Assembly (NCBI GenBank): GCA_046757025.1
Contig: JBHHXN010000078.1
Span: 1-23,326 of the forward strand
Reading direction: 5' to 3'
DNA length: 23,326 nt
DNA from: a bacterium
GTDB lineage: Bacteria > Zhuqueibacterota > Zhuqueibacteria > Oceanimicrobiales > Oceanimicrobiaceae
Position numbers and translations under genes: made by a program. The notes beneath the pieces are model-generated. The model made no database searches. It was not told where the DNA came from and saw only the letters and a list, made by a program, of their open reading frames with translations. Of the stretch, positions 1 to 8,050 are shown in pieces. Position 1 is the first letter of the stretch, and every line of letters starts with the position of its first letter.

Positions 1-55
1 TGGATTCCCGCTTAAAGATGCGGGAATGACAAAAAAAGGCTCTTTACGGATGGAC
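1..55. mobile_element. Right part of a MITE truncated by the window edge, carrying a REP-like palindrome
   Basis: Hairpin ATTCCCGC(4-11)-8 nt-GCGGGAAT(20-27) ends in GAC. It is followed by TTTACGGATGGAC (43-55), which resembles the right end TTTTCGGATGGATAC at 1949-1963, and then TAATTA (56-61). The left end is outside the window. Confidence 0.65.
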
Positions 56-61
56 TAATTA

Positions 62-191
62 GCGTCTGACCGACAACGACCCTCTTTTGACGAAGACCTC
101 CTGGCCGAGGAGTGAATTCCTGCTTGGTTCGGGTGGAAACATTCGTGAAGAAGATTTTAAAACGCGCATTTCTCGAATTTCGGTCAGACAA
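62..191. mobile_element. 130-bp MITE, family A, copy 1
   Basis: Ends GCGTCTGACCGACAA (62-76) and ATTTCGGTCAGACAA (177-191) share a perfect 10-bp inverted core, GTCTGACCGA. TAATTA flanks both sides (56-61, 192-197). A homologous copy lies at 11554-11678. Confidence 0.85.
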
Positions 192-198
192 TAATTAG

Positions 199-227
199 AT
201 TTGATCCGGCAAAAGACCGGTTCAAAT
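199..227. terminator. Stem-loop upstream of the operon leader, possible terminator or insulator
   Basis: ATTTGATCCGG (199-209) and CCGGTTCAAAT (217-227) pair at 10 of 11 positions around a 7-nt loop. Flanks are AT-rich but there is no clean U-tract. Confidence 0.35.
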
Positions 228-296
228 TAAATGAAAGATAATTTGATGTTACAATTCATTGACTCCGCGCACTGCTTTTAAAACATTTCAATTACA

Positions 297-355
297 GCCA
301 AGTGAACCCCAGCGCCAAGAAAGAAGGAGCTTGGGACTCACGTGGCGGAGCTGTA
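297..355 (+). promoter_or_regulatory. Leader hairpin plus ops-like element, candidate antiterminator loading site
   Basis: Outer stem GCCAAGTGA(297-305)/TCACGTGGC(338-346) and inner stem CCCCAGCGCC(307-316)/GGAGCTTGGG(326-335). GGCGGAGC (344-351) resembles the RfaH ops core GGCGGTAG and lies about 33 nt before the NusG-paralog start. Confidence 0.55.
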
Positions 356-384
356 TCGGAAAGAACTAAACTGATTCTCAAATC

Positions 385-939
385 ATGGACAAAAATTTAA
401 AAATCAATAGCAATGTGAATTGGCAATGGTATGCACTCTACACCCGACCACGGTTTGAAAAAAAGGTGGATTCGCTGCTTAAAGAAAAAGGAATGGAGAG
501 TTTTCTCCCTTTACGCAAGGTTCGAAAGAGATGGAGTGATCGATGGAAAATCATTGAAGAGCCGTTGTTTAGCTGCTATGTGTTCGTGAGAATCCCTTTT
601 AGACAGCGTATCTTTGCTTTGCAAACACAGGGTGTGGTGCGAATGGTGACATTCGACGGCCGGCCGTCTCCCATTCCAGATGAGGAAATGGCGGCGGTGA
701 GGCGTTTGCTTCGGAGTGAAGTTAAATTCGAAATCAGCCCGTATTGTTTTGCCATTGGCCAGAAAGTCGAAATCAAGTATGGCCCGTTGGCCGGCGTCCG
801 TGGACAGTTGATTGAAAAACGCGGTCAAAAAAAACTGCTGGTGGGGATTGAACAGATCCGCCAGGGCTTGCGAATTGAAATCAGTGAACATGAAATCGTG
901 CCGGTTAGTCAGGAGAAAAAACACATCCAAGCAGCGTAA
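385..939 (+). CDS. upxY: UpxY/RfaH-family (NusG paralog) transcription antiterminator
   Basis: NGN domain (WYALYTRPRFEKKV...FLPL...WSDRWKIIEEPLFSCYVFV) and KOW motif (GQKVEIKYGPLAGVRG). First gene of a polysaccharide operon. Confidence 0.92.
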   Translation: MDKNLKINSNVNWQWYALYTRPRFEKKVDSLLKEKGMESFLPLRKVRKRWSDRWKIIEEPLFSCYVFVRIPFRQRIFALQTQGVVRMVTFDGRPSPIPDEEMAAVRRLLRSEVKFEISPYCFAIGQKVEIKYGPLAGVRGQLIEKRGQKKLLVGIEQIRQGLRIEISEHEIVPVSQEKKHIQAA

Positions 940-1142
940 TCATGACAAACGGTCTGCGCAAAGATAACTTGCTCAGCATTTGTACTACCTCTGAATCGTT
1001 CTTCACTGTGAAATTTCAACTGCTCAAATCAACTCGAACTATTAATGTACAGACTGTTATTAGAATCATTGCGAAATGAATTCTGACGGACGGGCAATCC
1101 ATTGAGAAATTAAGCATCATCCATATAAAAAGGAATAAATCC

Positions 1143-1916
1143 ATGAAAGCAGTCATACTTGCCGGTGGTTATGGCACTCGCATTAGCGAAGAGAGCACGA
1201 TTCGCCCCAAGCCCATGGTGGAAATCGGCGGCCAGCCCATCCTCTGGCATGTCATGAAAATATACTCTGCCTTTGGCATCAATGACTTTATTATATGTTG
1301 CGGCTACAAAGGGTATATGATCAAGGAATATTTCGCCCACTATTTTTTGTACCGGGCCGACATCCGATTTGACGTCAAGAACAACACGCAGGAAATCCTG
1401 CAAAATGGCGCAGAACCGTGGAAGGTGGCGCTCATCGACACGGGTATCAGCACCATGACCGGTGGCCGTATGAAAAGAATCCGCCAGTACTTGGACAACG
1501 AACCGTTTTGTATGACGTACGGTGACGGCGTGGCGAATGTGAATATTCAAAGGCTGGTGGAATTCCATCAACAGCAAGGAGCTTCTGCCACTATGACCGC
1601 TGTACAGCCACCAGGAAGGTTCGGGGCGTTTAAGCTGGGCTCGGACGAGTTCAAAGTGGATTCATTTCGCGAAAAACCACACGGAGACGGCGCCTGGGTA
1701 AACGGCGGCTTTTTTGTGCTGGAACCGGAGGTGTTTGATTACATCGACAACGATTCAACGGTATGGGAAAAAGAACCGCTGGAGAATCTAGCCAGAGACC
1801 ACAAATTATCGGCTTACAAACACAAAGGTTTCTGGCAGCCCATGGACACGCTGCGCGACAAAAACGTCCTCGAAGAGCTCTGGCAATGCGGCGAACCGCC
1901 CTGGAAAGTTTGGTAA
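1143..1916 (+). CDS. rfbF: Glucose-1-phosphate cytidylyltransferase
   Basis: [56 protein letters not shown] and C-terminal PWKVW. RBS AAGGA upstream. Confidence 0.96.
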   Translation: MKAVILAGGYGTRISEESTIRPKPMVEIGGQPILWHVMKIYSAFGINDFIICCGYKGYMIKEYFAHYFLYRADIRFDVKNNTQEILQNGAEPWKVALIDTGISTMTGGRMKRIRQYLDNEPFCMTYGDGVANVNIQRLVEFHQQQGASATMTAVQPPGRFGAFKLGSDEFKVDSFREKPHGDGAWVNGGFFVLEPEVFDYIDNDSTVWEKEPLENLARDHKLSAYKHKGFWQPMDTLRDKNVLEELWQCGEPPWKVW

Positions 1917-1919
1917 TTA

Positions 1920-1963
1920 GGGTCTGGCCGAAAATTGCAAAAGGCGCGTTTTCGGATGGATAC
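1920..1963. mobile_element. 44-bp minimal family-A MITE remnant
   Basis: TAATTA (1914-1919, containing the rfbF stop), then GGGTCTGGCCGAAAA (1920-1934), a 14-nt spacer, TTTTCGGATGGATAC (1949-1963) and a degenerate CAATTT. The ends are 10/15 complementary and match the family-A ends. Confidence 0.6.
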
Positions 1964-1981
1964 CAATTTAGCAGGAAGACC

Positions 1982-3094
1982 ATGAAATCAGCCAAAGACA
2001 TTGTTTTAGAAGATTTGGAATTCATTTGCGAACAGGCCGTGGAAGAACTCGGTCAGATGTCCGGCAAAAGCGTGCTCATCACCGGCGGCGGCGGTTTCCT
2101 CGGTTACTACCTGGTACAGAGCTTGCTTTTCTGGAATAAGCACCATACGAGTGATCGGCCAATTGCCGTTACCGTGTTTGATAACTTCATGCTGGGCGTA
2201 CCGGGTTGGCTGCAAGAGTTGCAGTCGGATGCGAATTTAGTTTTCATCAAACACGACATAACCGCGCCGCTGCCAGCACCGATAGACGATTTTGATTATA
2301 TCATTCACGCTGCATCCATCGCTTCTCCGACGTTTTACCGTCAATATCCCATCGAAACCATGGACGCCAACGTGGCGGGGCTGCGTTCACTTCTGGATTA
2401 TTGCATGCAGCAACAAAGGCGGTGGCAACCCGTGGCCGGGTTTTTGTTTTTTTCTACCAGTGAAATTTACGGTGATCCCACACCGGAAAACATTCCCACG
2501 CCGGAAAACTATCGCGGCAATGTGTCCTGCACCGGACCAAGAGCCTGTTATGACGAAGCCAAACGCTTTGGGGAAACCCTTTGTGTGAATTTTGCCAGAA
2601 AATACGCTCTGCCGATTAAAATCGCCCGGCCATTTAACAATTATGGACCCGGTTTGAAAATCGCAGATAAAAGAGTCATTCCCGATTTTGCCCAGGATAT
2701 TTTCGCTGGTCGGGATTTAGTCATGCATTCGAATGGCGCACCCACTCGAACATTTTGCTACGTAACCGACGCCGTCGTCGGTTATTTCAAAATATTAGTT
2801 AGAGGTCGTTCAGGGGAACCTTATAACATTGGGGTTGAAAAACCCGAAATTTCCATTGCACAGTTAGCCAGTTGCATGGTGCAAATTGCCCGGGAGCACT
2901 TCGGGTATCAGGGGACCGTGGTTCAGTGTAAAAGCACGGATAAAGATTATCTGGTGGACAATCCGAACCGCCGTTGTCCCATGATCACCAAGGCCAGAAA
3001 AGAGCTCAATTACCATCCCAAAATTGCGCTGGATGAGGGATTACAGCGCGCGCTGATCTGGTACCATGACAACCGGCAAGGAGTGATGAACTAA
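1982..3094 (+). CDS. NDP-glucuronate decarboxylase (UXS-like extended SDR)
   Basis: TGGGGFLG, HAASIASP, STSEIYG, GPRACYDEAKR, RPFNNYGPG, TRTFCYVTD and NPNRRCP. Start reset to ATG 1982, which has AGGAAG upstream. The 1763 start overlaps rfbF. Confidence 0.88.
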   Translation: MKSAKDIVLEDLEFICEQAVEELGQMSGKSVLITGGGGFLGYYLVQSLLFWNKHHTSDRPIAVTVFDNFMLGVPGWLQELQSDANLVFIKHDITAPLPAPIDDFDYIIHAASIASPTFYRQYPIETMDANVAGLRSLLDYCMQQQRRWQPVAGFLFFSTSEIYGDPTPENIPTPENYRGNVSCTGPRACYDEAKRFGETLCVNFARKYALPIKIARPFNNYGPGLKIADKRVIPDFAQDIFAGRDLVMHSNGAPTRTFCYVTDAVVGYFKILVRGRSGEPYNIGVEKPEISIAQLASCMVQIAREHFGYQGTVVQCKSTDKDYLVDNPNRRCPMITKARKELNYHPKIALDEGLQRALIWYHDNRQGVMN

Positions 3095-4431
3095 TGCAAG
3101 TGTCCATAATCGGAACGGGATACGTTGGTCTGGTGACCGGGGTGTGTTTAGCGGAAAAAGGTCATCAGGTGGTGTGCGTAGATTTGGATGCCGAGAAAGT
3201 CAATAAAATTAACCGCGCCATACCGCCGATTTTTGAAAACGGTCTGTCTGAGCTGCTGCAGAAGAACGTCAATCAAAAATTGCGTGCTACCACCGATCTG
3301 CGCGAAGCGGTACTCAACACCGAGCTTTCTGTGGTGGCGGTGGGTACTCCGTTCAACGGAGATACCATCGATTTGACGTTTATCGAAAATGTGTCCGCTC
3401 AGATCGGGGCCGCGCTGCTCCAGAAAAACCAATATCATTTGGTGGTGGTGAAAAGCACGGTCATACCCGGCACCACCGATAAAACCGTCATACCCATTTT
3501 AGAGCAATATTCCGGCAAGAAAGCCGGGCCGGATTTTGGCGTCGGCATGAACCCTGAATTTTTACGGGAAGGCCACGCTGTGGCCGATTTTATGGCTCCG
3601 GATCGCATCGTAATTGGCGGGCTGGATGAAAAAAGCCGAAAAAAAATGCAGGAGCTTTATGTGGGTTTCGAAGGCGTTCCCAAAATTGAGACCAACAATC
3701 AAACCGCAGAAATGATCAAGTACACCTCCAATTCTCTACTGGCCACCATGATTTCCTTCTCCAATGAAATTGCCAATTTGTGCGCTACATTAGGAAACAT
3801 CGACGTGGTGGAAGTTATGCGGGGCGTCCATCTCGACAAAAGATTGAGTCCTATATTAGCTAACGGTGAACGCATACGGCCGGACATCCTCACTTATCTG
3901 GAGGCCGGCTGCGGTTTCGGGGGAAGCTGCTTTCCAAAAGATGTGAAATCCTTGGCTGCACAGGGTAGAAAATTGGGCCAGTCCATGCCGCTGTTGGAGG
4001 CCGTGCTGCAGGTAAATGCACACCAACCCCAACAAGTGCTGAGCCGTTTAAAAAAACATTTCCCCAACCTCAAAGGACTGCAAGTGGTTGTACTGGGACT
4101 GGCTTTCAAAGCCGGTACAGATGACATGCGAGAATCGCCGGCGATTCCGATCATCGAGGATCTACTTGCTCAGCAAGTCAAGATCAAAGCGTATGATCCG
4201 GTGGCGATTTCGGCGGCGCACAAATTCTTTGGCAATCATCAAATTCGTTACTTTGATGATATGGAACAAGCCATTCAAAATGTGCAAGCTATTTTGCTGT
4301 TGACTCGCCAGCCGGAGTTTGAACGGCTTCCGCAGTTGCTGCAAGGAATGCAGTCGCAACCCTTATTCATCGATGGTCGTCGTATGCTGGATAAACACGG
4401 CGTGGCGCGTTATGAGGGCATTGGCTTGTGA
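3094..4431 (+). CDS. ugd: UDP-glucose/GDP-mannose dehydrogenase family (NDP-sugar 6-dehydrogenase)
   Basis: IGTGYVGL, VGTP, KSTVIPGT, NPEFLREG, catalytic GFGGSCFPKD and GLAFKAGTDDMRESP. TAATG overlap with the previous gene. Nucleotide specificity cannot be read from the sequence. Confidence 0.9.
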   Translation: MQVSIIGTGYVGLVTGVCLAEKGHQVVCVDLDAEKVNKINRAIPPIFENGLSELLQKNVNQKLRATTDLREAVLNTELSVVAVGTPFNGDTIDLTFIENVSAQIGAALLQKNQYHLVVVKSTVIPGTTDKTVIPILEQYSGKKAGPDFGVGMNPEFLREGHAVADFMAPDRIVIGGLDEKSRKKMQELYVGFEGVPKIETNNQTAEMIKYTSNSLLATMISFSNEIANLCATLGNIDVVEVMRGVHLDKRLSPILANGERIRPDILTYLEAGCGFGGSCFPKDVKSLAAQGRKLGQSMPLLEAVLQVNAHQPQQVLSRLKKHFPNLKGLQVVVLGLAFKAGTDDMRESPAIPIIEDLLAQQVKIKAYDPVAISAAHKFFGNHQIRYFDDMEQAIQNVQAILLLTRQPEFERLPQLLQGMQSQPLFIDGRRMLDKHGVARYEGIGL

Positions 4432-5009
4432 AATTTACAGAAACAAATTTGCCTGGCGTTTTCATCATAGAGCCGCAAAAAATTGAGGACGCACGTGGGT
4501 ATTTCGCCCGGGCCTGGTGTGCAAATGAGTTTGTACAAATGGGCATCCCATTTCAACCGGTTCAGGTCAATCTTGGCTACAGTAAAAAGCGGGGTACTTT
4601 ACGCGGTTTGCATTATCAAATTGCGCCAGGTGAAGAAGCGAAGTTGATTCGCTGTATTCGCGGCGCCATCTTCGATGTGGTCATCGACCTACGGCCAGAC
4701 TCTGACACATACAAACATTGGCTGGGTGTGGAGCTTTCGGCAAATAATCAGAAGATGCTGTTTATGCCAGAGGGATTTGCCCACGGTTACCAAACACTGC
4801 AAGACGAAACCGAAGTTTTTTATCAGGTGTCGCAATTTTATGCGCCCGAGTTTGAGCGCGGCATCCGGTGGGATGACCTCGGTTTTAAAATCCAGTGGCC
4901 AGTGACCAAAGAGGTCATTCTCTCCGAAAAGGATCGGAGCTGGCCGGATTTTAGTGACTCTGGACATGATTTGCAAGTTGACGCCCAATTCGAAAGGATT
5001 CATGAGTGA
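4428..5009 (+). CDS. rfbC: dTDP-4-dehydrorhamnose 3,5-epimerase family (RmlC-like cupin)
   Basis: DARGYFAR, GTLRGLHYQ, GAIFDVVIDLRPDS, PEGFAHGYQTL and LSEKD. GTG start overlaps the ugd stop (GTGA). Confidence 0.92.
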   Translation: MKFTETNLPGVFIIEPQKIEDARGYFARAWCANEFVQMGIPFQPVQVNLGYSKKRGTLRGLHYQIAPGEEAKLIRCIRGAIFDVVIDLRPDSDTYKHWLGVELSANNQKMLFMPEGFAHGYQTLQDETEVFYQVSQFYAPEFERGIRWDDLGFKIQWPVTKEVILSEKDRSWPDFSDSGHDLQVDAQFERIHE

Positions 5010-5827
5010 AGATAATCGGTTTGATACCCGCAGCTGGCACGGCAAAGCGCATTGCACCGCTGCCTTGCAGTAAGGAGCTGTTTCCCATCGGATTTCAAAA
5101 TTCAACTGCAACCGGTGCACAGATTCCCAAAACGGTTTGCCATTACCTGCTGGAAAAGATGCGTTTCGCAGGCGTCAAGAATGCGTATATCGTTCTGCGC
5201 AAAGGCAAGTGGGACATCCCGGAATATTTTGGTGACGGCAACGAACTGGACATGAATCTCGCCTATCTGATCATGAACCGCCCTTTCGGCGCCCCTTTCA
5301 CTTTGGATCAGGCTTACCAATTTGTAAAAGATGCGCAGGTCTTGTTTGGTTTTCCGGATATCCTTTTTCAACCGGAGGAGGCTTTTGTGCGGTTACTCAA
5401 AAAGCTGGCGGATTCAAATGCGGAGGTCGTGTTGGGTCTGTTTCCGACGGATCATCCCCAGAAAATGGACATGGTGGAGATGACGCCTGATGGGCAGATT
5501 TGCCGCATCGAAATCAAACCGATGCAGACACACCTAAAATACACTTGGATCATTGCGGTTTGGACGCAAGTGTTCACGCGATTTCTGCACACCTATCTCA
5601 AAGAGGTTGGCATGGTTGAGTCAAAAACAAACAAGAACCACGACGCGGATTTGAGCAATGAATGGTATGTTGGCGATGTCATACAAGCCGCCTTGGAGGA
5701 CGGCATGCGCATAGAAGCCGTAACCTTTCGCGATGCCAAATATATCGACATCGGTACGCCGGCAGATCTGGCGCGAGCCGTGCACGTTTGGAATCCAAAA
5801 AAGGAGACTTTAAATGATAATCGTTGA
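5006..5827 (+). CDS. Sugar-phosphate nucleotidyltransferase (divergent RmlA-like)
   Basis: GLIPAAGTAKRIAPLPCSKELFPIG and C-terminal YIDIGTP. FGFPD replaces the RmlA LGDN. GTGA overlap. Confidence 0.85.
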   Translation: MKIIGLIPAAGTAKRIAPLPCSKELFPIGFQNSTATGAQIPKTVCHYLLEKMRFAGVKNAYIVLRKGKWDIPEYFGDGNELDMNLAYLIMNRPFGAPFTLDQAYQFVKDAQVLFGFPDILFQPEEAFVRLLKKLADSNAEVVLGLFPTDHPQKMDMVEMTPDGQICRIEIKPMQTHLKYTWIIAVWTQVFTRFLHTYLKEVGMVESKTNKNHDADLSNEWYVGDVIQAALEDGMRIEAVTFRDAKYIDIGTPADLARAVHVWNPKKETLNDNR

Positions 5828-7121
5828 CTCGGCTTTACAAAAACGGGAAATGGCGGGACATCATGTACACGTGGCATTAGTCGGAGCAGGGTACATGGGC
5901 CGCGGTATCGCTTTGCAGTTTCTGACCGCGGTGAAGGGCATGAAACTGGCGGCGATTTCGAATCGCACCGTGGCCAGTGCAGAACACGCCTACCTTCGGG
6001 CAGGGGCTGATTCCGTGAATTTTGTGGAAACCGTGGAGCAGCTCGAGGAATCCATTGCGGCCGGGCAGTATGCGGTAACAAACGATCCATTTTTGTTGTG
6101 CCAGGCAAAAAGTATCGATGTCATCATCGAAGCCACCGGCGACGTGGAATTCAGTGCGCAGGTGGTCATGAATGCCATTGAAAATCGCAAGCACGTCGTG
6201 CTGATGAATGCCGAGCTGGATGCGCTTGTGGGGCCGATTTTGAAAAAGTACGCGGATGAAAATCATGTCGTCATCACCAATGCCGACGGCGATCAACCCG
6301 GCGTGGTCATGAACCTTTTGCGTTCTGTGAAAACCACTTACGGCTGCGAGCCGGTTTTGGCTGGAAATATCAAGGGTCTGCAAGATTATTATCGAACTCC
6401 GGAAACTCAGAGAGATTTTGCCGACAAACACAATCTTACACCACAGATGGCCACCTCGTTTGCCGATGGCACCAAAATTTCCATGGAGATGGCGGTGGTG
6501 GCCAATGCTACCGGCTTCAAAGTTGGCCGGCGCGGCATGTACGGCCCAAGCTGTGCTCATATCACTGAAGCACTGGATTTGTTTCCAAAAGAGGACCTGC
6601 TCAACGGCGGCCTGGTGGATTATGTGCTGGGCGCCGAACCCAGTCCGGGTGTATTTGCCATCGGTTACAACGATCATCCTTTGAAAAAACCTTACATGAA
6701 TTATTTTAAAATGGGAGACGGCCCGTTCTACATTTTTTACACACCGTATCATCTGCCCCATTTGGAGGTGGCCATGACCGCAGCCCGGGCGGCATTGTTT
6801 CACGACGCGGCCATCGCTCCGGTGGCCGGGCCCGTGTGCGACGTCATCACTGTGGCAAAACGGGATTTAAACAGCGGGGAAATTCTGGATGGCATTGGCG
6901 GCTTCACCTGTTATGGTATGCTGGAGAACGCCGAGAATTGCCAGGAAGAAAATCTTCTGCCTATGGGACAATCACAAAACTGTCGCTTAATTCGAAGTGT
7001 GGCCAAAGATCAAGCGATTACTCACGAAGATGTGGTTTTACCGCCCGGCCGGCTCAGCGATAAATTGCGTGAGGAACAAAATGAAGTTTTTTACAGCGAA
7101 CACAAATTGGCATTTGTTTAG
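5814..7121 (+). CDS. NAD(P)-dependent oxidoreductase, homoserine-dehydrogenase-like with C-terminal SAF domain
   Basis: VGAGYMGRG, MNAELD..VGPIL, ADGDQPG, SFADGTK..EM..VANATG, PYHLPHLE and SAF segment VAKRDLNSGEILDGIGGF...LPMG. Confidence 0.85.
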   Translation: MIIVDSALQKREMAGHHVHVALVGAGYMGRGIALQFLTAVKGMKLAAISNRTVASAEHAYLRAGADSVNFVETVEQLEESIAAGQYAVTNDPFLLCQAKSIDVIIEATGDVEFSAQVVMNAIENRKHVVLMNAELDALVGPILKKYADENHVVITNADGDQPGVVMNLLRSVKTTYGCEPVLAGNIKGLQDYYRTPETQRDFADKHNLTPQMATSFADGTKISMEMAVVANATGFKVGRRGMYGPSCAHITEALDLFPKEDLLNGGLVDYVLGAEPSPGVFAIGYNDHPLKKPYMNYFKMGDGPFYIFYTPYHLPHLEVAMTAARAALFHDAAIAPVAGPVCDVITVAKRDLNSGEILDGIGGFTCYGMLENAENCQEENLLPMGQSQNCRLIRSVAKDQAITHEDVVLPPGRLSDKLREEQNEVFYSEHKLAFV

Positions 7122-7153
7122 ATAAATATTCATTTCAAAATAAAAAATGAAAA

Positions 7154-8041
7154 ATGAAACCAACACCGTCCATAATTGAGAAAACGTCTCCGCTACCTAA
7201 ACCGCTGATTGAGTCTGCAGAACTGCCGGAAATCATCATTCAACCGTCAAAAGGGTGGGTTTCTCTCAAGATCAACGAATTGTTTGAATATCGCGAGCTC
7301 TTCTATTTTTTGGTCTGGCGCGACATCAAAGTGCGTTACAAGCAAACCGTGCTGGGGGCGGCCTGGGCCATCATACAACCCTTTTTTACCATGGTGGTTT
7401 TCAGTCTGTTCTTTGGCAAATTTGCGAAAATTCCGTCAGATGGCGTACCTTATCCCATATTTGCCTTTGCGGCTCTGGTACCCTGGACCTTTTTTGCCAA
7501 CGGGCTCAACATGGCTTCCAACAGTTTGGTGGCCAGCGCGAATATGATCAAAAAAGTGTATTTTCCACGATTGATAATTCCCGTATCTTCGGTGATGGCC
7601 GGTGTGGTGGATTTTGTGCTGGCGTTCCTGGTCTTGCTTTTAATGATGCTTTATTATGGGCTGATGCCGACCCTGAACATTATTTGTCTGCCGTTATTGC
7701 TGGTATTAGCGTTTGTCACCTCGCTTGGTACCGCATTGTGGTTGTCGGCCATGAACGTGCAGTTTCGCGACGTTCGTTACACCCTGCCATTTTTAACGCA
7801 GTTCTGGTTGTTTGCCACCCCCATCGCCTATCCCAGCAGTTTGCTGCACGAGCCCTGGCGAACTTTGTACGGAATCAATCCTATGGCAGGGGTGGTGGAA
7901 GGATTCCGCTGGGCGCTTTTGGGAACCGACACCGCACCGGGAGCCATCATCATCGTTTCCAGTTTCGTGGCTGTCGGGTTGTTGCTGAGCGGAGCGCTGT
8001 ATTTTCGCCGTATGGAAAAAACCTTCGCCGATGTGGTTTGA
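7154..8041 (+). CDS. wzm: Polysaccharide ABC transporter permease
   Basis: YRELFYFLVWRDIKVRYKQTVLGAAWAIIQP, KKVYFPR, FRDVRY, INPMAGVVEGFR, C-terminal FADVV and about 6 hydrophobic segments. Confidence 0.95.
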   Translation: MKPTPSIIEKTSPLPKPLIESAELPEIIIQPSKGWVSLKINELFEYRELFYFLVWRDIKVRYKQTVLGAAWAIIQPFFTMVVFSLFFGKFAKIPSDGVPYPIFAFAALVPWTFFANGLNMASNSLVASANMIKKVYFPRLIIPVSSVMAGVVDFVLAFLVLLLMMLYYGLMPTLNIICLPLLLVLAFVTSLGTALWLSAMNVQFRDVRYTLPFLTQFWLFATPIAYPSSLLHEPWRTLYGINPMAGVVEGFRWALLGTDTAPGAIIIVSSFVAVGLLLSGALYFRRMEKTFADVV

Positions 8042-8050
8042 GGAGATAAA

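Noticed and set aside
4..27. Neisseria dRS3 repeat
   Set aside because: dRS3 is ATTCCC-N8-GGGAAT, whereas the spacer here is 12 nt. It is treated as a generic REP-like palindrome.
62..191. Invertible promoter (Bacteroides-style phase variation) upstream of upxY
   Set aside because: The inverted repeats are better explained as MITE ends, given the flanking hexamers and a second copy mid-operon. No promoter motif or recombinase is seen. Read-orientation data would settle it.
259..290. Sigma70 promoter starting at TTGACT (259-264)
   Set aside because: There is no acceptable -10 hexamer at 16-18 bp spacing. A promoter is likely nearby but cannot be placed.
1763..1981. 73-aa N-terminal extension of the UXS-like ORF
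   Set aside because: It overlaps rfbF in another frame and crosses the MITE remnant. ATG 1982 has an RBS and gives a family-typical length.
4428..5827. dTDP-L-rhamnose pathway
   Set aside because: No RmlB or RmlD is recognisable in the window, and the nucleotidyltransferase lacks RmlA signatures.
5877..6803. Long minus-strand ORFs (also 14085-14936, 13558-14109, 17442-17993, 18621-19169 and others)
   Set aside because: They are antisense shadows of well-supported + strand genes, with no motifs.
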